NCBI GenBank assembly: GCA_046484325.1 | Contig: JAWOJB010000054.1 | Coordinates: 2,287 to 66,286, forward strand | Source: Acidimicrobiia bacterium | GTDB lineage: Bacteria; Actinomycetota; Acidimicrobiia; Spongiisociales; ZC4RG35 | DNA: 64,000 nt | Direction: 5' to 3' | Part shown: positions 46,499-54,065 of the stretch, piece after piece | Position numbering within the stretch: position 1 is the stretch's first letter | How the letters are laid out: each line of letters begins with the position of its first letter | Program-made: the position numbers and the translations under genes | Notes under the pieces: generated by a model | What the model saw: only the letters and a program-made list of their open reading frames with translations | Told to the model about the DNA's origin: nothing | The model's database searches: none

Positions 46499-47042
46499 GC
46501 GCCGCCGCAGCCAGGACGTGCCAGACCCCGTGGCCCTGGAAGAGCGAGTCGGGCCGGCACCACGGCCATCCCGTTCGCGCCATCGTCCCGATCGCCGCAC
46601 CGAGGGCGGCGAAGCCCAGCACGGGGGCCGTCTCGGCGGTAGGCCGTGTGCGTACCTCACGGCCGATGGCGGCGGCGGCGAGCCCCACCGAGACCGGCTG
46701 GGCCGCCTTCGGGACGGCGGCGAACAGCGCCCCGATCGAGGCCAGCACCGCCCGGCGGCGGGACGGCGACCACCCGTCGGCGGCGATTGCCGCCAGCGAC
46801 CATGCCAGGGTCACGTCGTGGGCCCACACCGATCCCGGCCATCGTGGGCCGTGCGCCAGGAACGAGCCGACTCCGACCAGGGCGGTGAGCGTTGCGAACT
46901 CCCGCCGGCCCGGGCGCCGGCGGGCGATCCAGAGACCGGCCGGAACGAAGGCCAGGCTGGTGAGGGCATTGATGGGCTGGCTGAGCAGGCCGGTGCCGAT
47001 CCGCTCGCAGTCGGTGGATCCGAACCCGGGCTCCATGGCCAC
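46368..47042 (-). CDS. Seven-TM membrane protein, tentatively ceramidase-like (CREST superfamily)
   Basis: CERIGTGLLSQPINALTSLAF..., HGPRW..., WAHDVT..., GHGVWHVLAAA conserved His pattern. The 3' tail overlaps the convergent ABC ATPase gene by 131 nt. The family name is tentative. Confidence 0.5.
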   Translation of the reverse strand: MAMEPGFGSTDCERIGTGLLSQPINALTSLAFVPAGLWIARRRPGRREFATLTALVGVGSFLAHGPRWPGSVWAHDVTLAWSLAAIAADGWSPSRRRAVLASIGALFAAVPKAAQPVSVGLAAAAIGREVRTRPTAETAPVLGFAALGAAIGTMARTGWPWCRPDSLFQGHGVWHVLAAAALTAWGTGSPPGPAATPYGGSSPGDPPVGREPDPAPARAPRPPG

Positions 47043-47059
47043 AGGCTAGGCCCGGGCTC

Positions 47060-47625
47060 TCAGGGCAGCAGGGCCGCCTCCGTGACCATGACGTTGGCGA
47101 GTTCCATGCCCCCGAGGGTCCGGGCGACCCGATGCATCGTGTCGGGCGCCGTCTCGGGCCAGGCCCGGCCGTGCTCCCGAACCCCGTGATGGCGGAAGGC
47201 CAGCAGGCGGAGCCGCACCCCCGGGTCGAGTCCGTCGACGAAGCCGGCGTACGCCGCCAGCTCCTCCTCGGAGTCGGTGAGCCCCTCGATGACGAGGAGC
47301 CGAACCTCGTGGAGCCTCCCGGCCCGGTGGAGGAAGCGAATCGAGTCGAGCACGGCAGAGTTGTCCTGGCCCGTGATCCGATGATGGGTCTCGCGGGTCA
47401 TCGCCTTGAGGTCGATCATGGTCCCGTCGAGCACCGGGACGAGGCGGCGCCACCGGGGACACCCAGGCTGCCGTTGGAATCGACCATGGTCGACAGACCC
47501 AGATCCTCCTTCACCGCCCCGAAGAGCGCCTCGAGGAAGTCGAGCCGCAAGGTGGGCTCGCCACTCGAGACGGTGACCTTCGAGGCGAAGGCGGCGTACG
47601 GGCGGATCTCGTCGGTGCGAGCCGG
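47060..47625 (-). pseudogene. Decayed radical SAM activating-enzyme gene (PflA-like): N-terminally truncated and frameshifted
   Basis: Frame A (47625 down to about 47450) reads TDEIRPYAAFASKVTVSSGEPTLRLDFLEALFGAVKEDLGLSTMVDSNGSLG. Frame B (ORF 47060..48064) continues VPVLDGTMIDLKAM...VRLLVIEGLTDSEEEL...LRLLAFRHHGVREHG. No CxxxCxxC motif in any frame upstream. Confidence 0.7.
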
Positions 47626-48408
47626 TCACTCCAGCAGATCGCCGGGCCGTCCGACCCGCCGATTGGTGAGGTCGAGCTGGTGCCTGGTGGACCGTTGGAG
47701 GTTGGCGAGCTGGCGATCGGTGAGACGGTCGCACACCCAGTCCCAGTGGAGCGAAACCGCATCGCCCGGCTCGAGGCCAGCGAGGAACCCGCGTCCGTCG
47801 ATGGCGACCCTGGCCACCTCGGCCCGAGGGGGTCCCAGGTGGAGCTCGCGCCCGCTCCAGAGCAACGGCCGGCTCTCGACCACCGCTTGATCGCCCACGA
47901 CGGACACCACTTCGCCCCAACGGATCCGGCAGCGATCGAGCACGTGCAGTGGATGCGGGCCACGATCCGAGCCGAGCAGGTCGACCCACGGGTAGATGCC
48001 GAACACGTGGAAGGCGTGGTTGGGGACCCCACCTGCCGGCACTCCCTCGGCCAGGCGTCCCCACTCCGGTCCGCTCCGATGCCGGAACCGATCGTCGAGC
48101 GACCTGCCGAAGTCGGACATGTCGATGCGGTCGAGCAGCTCGTTGCCGATCCAGTACGCCTCGACCACGCGGTAGTCGAGGGGGTCTCCGAGCCCGGTCT
48201 GCTCGGCGATGAACCGAACGTACGGCCAGGCGCCGGTGAACGCCGAGGCCAGCCCGAGCAGGCCCCCGTCGACCGTGCCCGACACCCCGTACTCGAACAG
48301 GGCGCGATGGTCGTCGGGCCCACAGGCGCCCAACTCGTTCGGGGGGTAGCCGTAGCGGATGTAGAGCGCCGCTCCGTCGAGCGTCGCCCTCGGCGCCGTG
48401 GTCGTCAC
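47626..48408 (-). CDS. Conserved hypothetical protein with a HypC-like C-terminal beta-barrel domain (I believe databases list this family as a DUF; unverified)
   Basis: 3' 261 codons of ORF 47626..48891. GTG 48408 overlaps the HypC-like stop (GTGA). The C-terminal CRIRWGEVVSVVGDQAVVES...LEPGDAVSLHWDWVCDRL parallels HypC MCLG...ARPGDSVLIHIGFPVQVL. Confidence 0.7.
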   Translation of the reverse strand: MTTTAPRATLDGAALYIRYGYPPNELGACGPDDHRALFEYGVSGTVDGGLLGLASAFTGAWPYVRFIAEQTGLGDPLDYRVVEAYWIGNELLDRIDMSDFGRSLDDRFRHRSGPEWGRLAEGVPAGGVPNHAFHVFGIYPWVDLLGSDRGPHPLHVLDRCRIRWGEVVSVVGDQAVVESRPLLWSGRELHLGPPRAEVARVAIDGRGFLAGLEPGDAVSLHWDWVCDRLTDRQLANLQRSTRHQLDLTNRRVGRPGDLLE

Positions 48409-48629
48409 GCGCCCATCTCCGCCCGCAGGGCCCGGGCCTCGGCGGCGTCGGCGGGGTCGAGCACCTGTACGGGGAAGCCGATGTGGATCAGCACCGAGTC
48501 GCCGGGGCGAGCCTCGGGAACGTAGATCAGGGCGACGGTCTCGGTGCGGCCTTCGCGATCGACCTCGGCCATGGGGACACCGTCCTCGTCCCACACCCTC
48601 AGGACGGTGGCGAGGGCTCCGAGGCACAT
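48405..48629 (-). CDS. HypC/HybG/HupF family chaperone-like protein
   Basis: 74 aa. N-terminal MCLG signature and PGDSVLIHIGF core. Confidence 0.85.
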   Translation of the reverse strand: MCLGALATVLRVWDEDGVPMAEVDREGRTETVALIYVPEARPGDSVLIHIGFPVQVLDPADAAEARALRAEMGA

Positions 48630-48743
48630 CAGCAGACCGCCACGACTCGGCGCATGTCGTCATCTCAGCAGCGGCACACCGTGGCGGCAAGGGCCGGTCG
48701 GCCGCGGGATGCGGGCGAACGGCCCCGATGCGAGCATGGCGGC

Positions 48744-49133
48744 GTGTTGCCCCTCTTCGTCTACGGCACGCTGCGTCCGGGGGAGAGGGCGTGGCGCTGG
48801 TACCTCGGGCGGCTGGCCGTCCGCCACCGGCCCGGGCTCCTCGACGGCTACGGGCTGTACGGGCGAACCCGTCCTTTTCCGTTCGCAGCACCTGCCCCCG
48901 GCCTGGCGGTGGTCGGCGAACTCGTCTGGGTCGAGCCGGGCGCCGGCGAGCCGGTGCTCCGGCGCCTCGACGAGTACGAGGGCGCCGTCGGGCCGGATCC
49001 GCTCTACCTCCGCGAGCAGGCGGAGATCATCACCGACGAGGGGCCGCGCAACGCCTGGGTGTGGGTGGCCGGTACCCGACTCCGGCCCGATCCCGGCGAG
49101 CTGATCGTCTCGGGCGACTGGCTCGGTCGCTAG
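48744..49133 (+). CDS. Gamma-glutamylcyclotransferase (AIG2/GGCT-like) family protein
   Basis: 3' part of ORF 48483..49133. GTG 48744 gives VLPLFVYGTLRPGE, the family N-terminal signature. LDEYEG is present. Confidence 0.75.
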   Translation: MLPLFVYGTLRPGERAWRWYLGRLAVRHRPGLLDGYGLYGRTRPFPFAAPAPGLAVVGELVWVEPGAGEPVLRRLDEYEGAVGPDPLYLREQAEIITDEGPRNAWVWVAGTRLRPDPGELIVSGDWLGR

Positions 49134-49429
49134 AAGGGTGGCTCGGCCAGCCCGACCACCTTCACCCGGATCATGCCGGGGCCGGCGTCGTCGAGCTTGG
49201 GCCCGACCTGGGCTCGCCCCCGGCTGCCATCGTTCAGCTCGACGATGGTCGTGAGGCTCTTCGCCTCGAGACAGGAGCCGGACGACACCGTGAGGGTGCC
49301 CGACCAGGCGGGCACGTCGGGATCCGTCACGGAGAGCTCGCCCTTCCCGACGTCGAGCAGCCAGCCGAGGCCGGCGTCGAGAACCCTCACCACCCCTACG
49401 TAGGTCGAGGTGGGGGCCGTCGTGGTCAT
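49130..49429 (-). CDS. Small beta-rich hypothetical protein, co-transcribed with the upstream 1018-aa gene
   Basis: 99-aa ORF starting 10 nt after the upstream stop. No motif recognised. Confidence 0.55.
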   Translation of the reverse strand: MTTTAPTSTYVGVVRVLDAGLGWLLDVGKGELSVTDPDVPAWSGTLTVSSGSCLEAKSLTTIVELNDGSRGRAQVGPKLDDAGPGMIRVKVVGLAEPPF

Positions 49430-49438
49430 GGCTCGAGG

Positions 49439-52400
49439 TTACCCGGGTGGCGGACCGGCGATGGCCAGCAGCCTGCCGTCGACGGTGGCGATGTACACGG
49501 CCCCGTCCACGACCGCCGGGGGGCCGGCGGGCCGGGCGTCGAGGGAGAACCGCCAGCGCTCCTCACCCGACCCAGCGTCGATGGCGACGAGCTCGCCATC
49601 TCCCGTGCCCAGGTAGATGGTCCCGTCGGCGACCACGGGGGCGGTGACGGGGTTGAACGGCTCCACGGTCGGCGGGAACACCCAGGGTCGCTCGCCGGTG
49701 ACGATGTCGATGGCGAGGAGGCGGGGCCCTTCGATCTGGTACACGAGTCCATCGGCGACGGCGATCGGGAGGTTCAGGACGAACCCGCCGGTGCCGAGCT
49801 GGGGAACGCCGTCGGAGGGGGGAGCGCCGCACGAGCCGACCGTGAACTTCATGATCACCCCGTTGGCCATCGGCGCGAGCACCAGGCCTTCGGCGACGGT
49901 TGGCCCGTCGGCGGGGCGTCCCCGCAGGTCGACCGGGGCGGGGCACCGTGGCTCGCCGGTGGCGGCGTCGATGACGTGGAGCAGCCCGGCGGCATCGATC
50001 GCGTAGACGATGCCGTCGGCATAGGCGGGTGACAGCTCGAAGGCGGCCCCGGGCTCGGTGCCCTCTGCGGGGTACCGCCAAACCTCCTGGACCGGGGGGG
50101 CGTAGCCGATGACGAGGCCGCCGTCGGTGGCCACGACGATGAGGTCGTCGTCGGTTACGGCCGGGGTTCCCCGTGCCCGCCGACCGTCGGGAAGGGTGAC
50201 GCGTTCGGGGATCAGGCCGGTCCGGTCGGCGTTGCGGACGTAGAGGAAGCCATCGCTGGTGGTGAATGCCACGAGTGGCTCGGTGGCGCCTTCCGTCTCC
50301 TGGAACGAGACGGCCGGCAGCCCGTCGAGCCGTCCTTCGACCGGAACCGTCTCGAACACCGAGCCGTTGGCCTGGCTGATGAAGATCAGGGCCTCGGTGG
50401 TGGAGCTTGTGACGTAGAGGAGCTGGCCGCGGGCCACCGGGCCGCTGGGATTCACACCTCCGATGTCGGTTCGCCAGTAGATCCCCTCCGGCGCGGACAC
50501 GCCGCCGGACATCAAGCCGGCGCGGGCCGGGCCACCGCGGTCGAACGCCTCGCCGAAGAGACCCTGATCGGGGGGAGCGACGATCCGGTCCTCGAGCCGG
50601 GTCGTCGTCGTCGTGGCCATGGTGGTGGTCGTCGCCGCCGCCTCGGGAGGGGCGTCGGCCTGGAGCAGCCCCACCCCCAGCGCGGTGGCCGCCGAGAGGG
50701 CCACGACACCGACCGCGGCTGCGACCACGGCGGGCCACCGCCGGCGGGGAACCGGGCGGCGGCGCACCAGCCCGGCCGCCCGACGCTGGGCCGGGCTCAG
50801 CACCTCGGCAACCCCGGCGAGGCCGGCGGCATGGAGCGCGTCGTCGATCCGGGCCTGCAGCTCGGAACCGGCGGCCTCGTCGGGCTCGGGCAGATCGAGG
50901 GCGTTGCGAATCGCCGGCTCTACCCGCCACGTCTCCCACCAGTCCTCCGGCATCCGGGCGCCCGTCGCCCTCACCATCCGGCCGATGGGCCGTGCCGCAG
51001 GTTGGTCCCACAATCCCGCCGCCTCGGCGGCATGGGCGGCGAGCACCGGGTTGCCGAGCATGACGGCCAGGGCGGCCGCCTGCTCTCCGAGCTCGGCATC
51101 ACCCTCTCGCCGAGACCGCTCGGTCATCAGGTCGACGGCGGCTTCGTACCACTTGGCCTGCAGGAGGGCGTCAGACAGGTCCTCCGCTTCGCGCTGCGGC
51201 CACGGGGTGTCGTCGTCGAGAAGCATGAGCCGGAGCGCACCGGCGTGCATACGCCAACGCCAGCCGTCGGCGCCGGCAGGGCACAGAGCCAGGGCCTGTT
51301 CGACCTCGTTCCGGGCCTCTTCCAGACGGCCGGCCGCGAGGAGGGCTCTGGCCCGCAGCGTTCGTACGACGTTCTCCCACGCCGGGAGGTGAGCCTGGAC
51401 CAGCTCGAGCGCCCGATCTGCTGCCTCGATTGCCTCGTCGGCACGCCCGTAGAGGGTGCCGCCCTCGGTGAGTGCCAGCCATCCGATGAACTGAGGGGCG
51501 GGGGCATCGACGCGCCGGCCCTGCTCGATCGCCTCGTGGGCGTGAGTCTTGGCGTCGGCGACGAGGCCTGTGCGGAAGGCTGCCCGGGCCCAGTACGCAT
51601 CCTTGTCGGCGCGACCGACGTCACCCTCGAGCTCGAGGGCGACGTCCCGCAGGCGGGCGAATGCCGTCTCCGCCGCGGTCGCCTCGCCGCGGTCGAGCAG
51701 GACCCAGGCCCGGTTCATACGGCCGAAGTACTGCTGGATGGCGGTGCCATGGGCATCGAGCAGCAGTTCTCCACGCTCCTGGGCGGCGTCGGCCTCCGTC
51801 GGGAAGCCGATCCGGCTCAAGGATCGGCCCTGCAGTGTCAGGATCGATCCGAGCTTGGCGGTGAGCCCCCCGTTGGCAGCCCGCTCCGCGGCCAGGGCCG
51901 CCATCACCTCGGATCGCTGCGGCTGCTGGAGGTCGTCGGCGATGGCCGCCGCGAATCCGAGGGCATCGACCTGGGGCTCCCCGTCGAGTCGCCGGATCGC
52001 TATCTCCACGTCTCCGGCGGCGTCGGCGCTCCGCCCCTCCGCCCGGAGCCGTCGAGCCCTGACCAGCCGGAGCCGTCCCTCCACCTCGGGCGCCAGACCG
52101 CCCCGCTCGTCGTGGGCGGTGAGAGCGAGCCCGGCCGCCTCGACGTCACCGGCATCGGCGGCGGCCACCAGCGAGTCGAGGGCATCGTCGGTCCGTCCCG
52201 CCTCGAGCAGGGCGCGTCCGATCTCACCCGGTGGGGCCCCGGCGGCGGCAAGGTATCGAGCCCAGCGACCGGCGACTGCGCTGTGACGGGTGGGGGATGT
52301 CTCCGCCGTGGACGTCGGGCGGAACCCCGAGGCGGTGTCGACAAGGAGGCCTTCGCCGACCAGGCTCTCGACCTGTTCGACGATCGTGGCCTCGTCGACG

Positions 52401-52495
52401 CCGAGCGCAGCGGAAGCCTCGTCTGCTCTCACTGGGCGACCCGCCACGATGGCGAGCGCGACGAGATCCGTCACCTGTGACCGGTCCGTGCTCAT
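49439..52495 (-). CDS. Large single-pass membrane protein: N-terminal winged-helix-like domain, ~500-aa TPR-like helical region, TM helix, Thr linker and an extracytoplasmic PQQ/BamB-like beta-propeller
   Basis: N-terminus LVALAIVAGRPVRADEASAALGVDEATIVEQVESLVGEGLLV. Alanine/leucine-rich helical repeats. TM WPAVVAAAVGVVALSAATALGVGLL. ATTTTMATTTTT linker. Propeller blades (LLYVTSSTTEAL, IVYAIDAAGLLHVIDAATGEP, IYLGTGDGELVAIDAGSGEERW, VYIATVDGRLLAI). Confidence 0.8.
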   Translation of the reverse strand: MSTDRSQVTDLVALAIVAGRPVRADEASAALGVDEATIVEQVESLVGEGLLVDTASGFRPTSTAETSPTRHSAVAGRWARYLAAAGAPPGEIGRALLEAGRTDDALDSLVAAADAGDVEAAGLALTAHDERGGLAPEVEGRLRLVRARRLRAEGRSADAAGDVEIAIRRLDGEPQVDALGFAAAIADDLQQPQRSEVMAALAAERAANGGLTAKLGSILTLQGRSLSRIGFPTEADAAQERGELLLDAHGTAIQQYFGRMNRAWVLLDRGEATAAETAFARLRDVALELEGDVGRADKDAYWARAAFRTGLVADAKTHAHEAIEQGRRVDAPAPQFIGWLALTEGGTLYGRADEAIEAADRALELVQAHLPAWENVVRTLRARALLAAGRLEEARNEVEQALALCPAGADGWRWRMHAGALRLMLLDDDTPWPQREAEDLSDALLQAKWYEAAVDLMTERSRREGDAELGEQAAALAVMLGNPVLAAHAAEAAGLWDQPAARPIGRMVRATGARMPEDWWETWRVEPAIRNALDLPEPDEAAGSELQARIDDALHAAGLAGVAEVLSPAQRRAAGLVRRRPVPRRRWPAVVAAAVGVVALSAATALGVGLLQADAPPEAAATTTTMATTTTTRLEDRIVAPPDQGLFGEAFDRGGPARAGLMSGGVSAPEGIYWRTDIGGVNPSGPVARGQLLYVTSSTTEALIFISQANGSVFETVPVEGRLDGLPAVSFQETEGATEPLVAFTTSDGFLYVRNADRTGLIPERVTLPDGRRARGTPAVTDDDLIVVATDGGLVIGYAPPVQEVWRYPAEGTEPGAAFELSPAYADGIVYAIDAAGLLHVIDAATGEPRCPAPVDLRGRPADGPTVAEGLVLAPMANGVIMKFTVGSCGAPPSDGVPQLGTGGFVLNLPIAVADGLVYQIEGPRLLAIDIVTGERPWVFPPTVEPFNPVTAPVVADGTIYLGTGDGELVAIDAGSGEERWRFSLDARPAGPPAVVDGAVYIATVDGRLLAIAGPPPG

Positions 52496-52599
52496 TGCCT
52501 CCCTCCTGGAGCCTGCATGATGGTCGGAACGAATCGCGAATGGCGCCCAGAGCGGCCATGTGATGCGGACTAACGTCGGTGGCCGACACGGGAGGTGTG

Positions 52600-53025
52600 A
52601 TGGATCCGATCGAGGCCTTGCTCCAGTCGAGTCTCATGCGGGCACTCGACGACCGTCAGCTGAACTCGCTCGCCAGCGTGGCCCGGCGGCGTCGGTTCGA
52701 CCCGGGCGAGCATCTCATCCGGGAAGGGACTGCCGGAGCGCTGGCGATGTTCGTCGTGCTCGAGGGGAAGGTCGGGGTGAAGAAGGGGGAGCAGCTCATC
52801 GCCGAGTTCGGACCAGGCGCCCATGTGGGCGAGGTGGCGGTGCTCGGACCCGAGGATCAGCGACGGACCGCCGACGTGGTGGCGATCGAACCGACGACGG
52901 TGCTCCAGTTGACGAAGTGGGACATCTTCCCCGTGCTCAAGACGAATCCCGACGCCGCCCTCGCGGTGATCTCGGACCTGGCGAAGCGGCTCTCGGACGC
53001 CACCGGGCGCATGGCGGCCGACTGA
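52600..53025 (+). CDS. Single-domain cyclic nucleotide-binding protein
   Basis: ORF 52579..53025. GGGAGG precedes ATG 52600. FGPGAHVGEVAVL...RTADVVA matches the cNMP-binding phosphate-binding cassette. Confidence 0.85.
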   Translation: MDPIEALLQSSLMRALDDRQLNSLASVARRRRFDPGEHLIREGTAGALAMFVVLEGKVGVKKGEQLIAEFGPGAHVGEVAVLGPEDQRRTADVVAIEPTTVLQLTKWDIFPVLKTNPDAALAVISDLAKRLSDATGRMAAD

Positions 53026-53067
53026 GGTGCGCGATGCGCGGTGAGCCATGCGCATTGCGCTGTGCGC
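53026..53067. repeat. Tandem heptamer array, 6 units of NNTGCGC
   Basis: ggtgcgc gatgcgc ggtgagc catgcgc attgcgc tgtgcgc. First base directly follows the TGA stop at 53023-53025. Confidence 0.9.
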
Positions 53068-53078
53068 AGTCAGGTGTG

Positions 53079-53097
53079 TCCCCCACGAAGTGGGGGA
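53079..53097 (+). terminator. GC-rich stem-loop, candidate intrinsic terminator lacking a U-tract
   Basis: TCCCCCAC gaa GTGGGGGA (8-bp stem, 3-nt loop) downstream of the first cNMP gene and the heptamer array. Confidence 0.4.
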
Positions 53098-53224
53098 AGG
53101 GGCCCCCCCGCAGCGGTAGCTGCAGGGTAGGGGGGGCGGCGAATCTCCCGATTGAGGAGAGTGCCCACACACGCTCGGACCCCGATCGGTACCATCGCCG
53201 GACGGCACCGACGGGAGGGACGCG

Positions 53225-53647
53225 ATGAGTCTGTTACGGAAGCGGGATCAGAAGGTCGAGGTCCTGCAACGTGTCCCCCTGTTCGCCGGTCTCAGCAAGA
53301 AGGATCTGGGCCAGTTGGCCCGCCATCTGGACGAGGTGGATCTCAAGGAGGGGACCGTACTCACCCGCGAGGGTGAACTCGGCCGGGAGGCGATGATCCT
53401 CCTGAGCGGGACTGCCGTGGTCCGCCGCAAAGGGCGCAAACTGGCCGAGCTCGGCCCTGGCGACGTGATCGGAGAGCTGAGCCTGCTCGCCGAGATCCCC
53501 CGCACCGCATCCGTGGTGGCGACGAGCGAACTTACCGTGGCGCTCATGACGGCGTCGGACTTTGGCGCGGTCGTCGACGAGAACCCACAGGTCGCCGTCC
53601 GGATGCTGCGGACCGTCGCCCACCGGTTCGCCGAGTTGAGCGGGTAG
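53225..53647 (+). CDS. Single-domain cyclic nucleotide-binding protein (second copy)
   Basis: VPLFAGLSKKDLGQLARHL...LGPGDVIGELSLL...PRTASVVA. Confidence 0.88.
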   Translation: MSLLRKRDQKVEVLQRVPLFAGLSKKDLGQLARHLDEVDLKEGTVLTREGELGREAMILLSGTAVVRRKGRKLAELGPGDVIGELSLLAEIPRTASVVATSELTVALMTASDFGAVVDENPQVAVRMLRTVAHRFAELSG

Positions 53648-53662
53648 CCGCCCCGAGATCGC

Positions 53663-54064
53663 TCAGTCAGGCCCCCGCCGGACGTCGGGCAGCACCTCGG
53701 AACGCAGGACGATCTCGTGACGGTAGGTGCGGTGGACCTCCTGCACTCGCCGGGCCGCCTCCCGTTCCGCCGTCTGGAGCCGTTCCCGCAGGCGCTGGAT
53801 CTGTCCCTCGAGCTTCCGCACATGTTCGGTGAGCTCGAGGACCCGCCGGACTCCTTCGAGGTTGAGCCCCTGCTCGGTGAGCTCCTGGATGAGGGCGAGC
53901 CTCTCGATGTCGGCCGGGGAGTACCGGCGGGTGCCGCCCGGCGTCCGGTACGGCTCGATGAGTCCCTTCCTCTCGTAGATGCGGAGGGTCTGAGGGTGCA
54001 TGCCCGCCAGCTCGGCGGCCACCGAGATCACGAAGACGGCCCGGGAATGCTCTCGACCTGCCAT
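53663..54064 (-). CDS. hspR: MerR-family heat shock repressor HspR
   Basis: FVISVAAELAGMHPQTLRIYERKGLIEPYRTPGGTRRYS. Last gene of the dnaK operon. Confidence 0.9.
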   Translation of the reverse strand: MAGREHSRAVFVISVAAELAGMHPQTLRIYERKGLIEPYRTPGGTRRYSPADIERLALIQELTEQGLNLEGVRRVLELTEHVRKLEGQIQRLRERLQTAEREAARRVQEVHRTYRHEIVLRSEVLPDVRRGPD

Positions 54065-54065
54065 G

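Noticed and set aside
47620-47630. TGA between the HypC-domain gene and the in-frame radical SAM segment as selenocysteine or programmed read-through
   Set aside because: No SECIS-like hairpin was noticed. The downstream segment lacks the radical SAM cysteine motif and is itself frameshifted, so gene decay is the simpler explanation.
47626-48629. [NiFe]-hydrogenase maturation cluster
   Set aside because: Only a HypC-like gene is present. No hypA/B/D/E/F or hydrogenase subunits are in the window. The MvhD-like domain at 1-1758 is 46 kb away and in a respiratory copper/heme context.
53090-53150. G-runs (GTGGGGGAAGGGG ... GGGTAGGGGGGGCGG) as a G-quadruplex
   Set aside because: The G-tracts are separated by a ~27-nt loop and are partly paired with adjacent C-runs in simple hairpins. 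This is not a convincing G4 motif.
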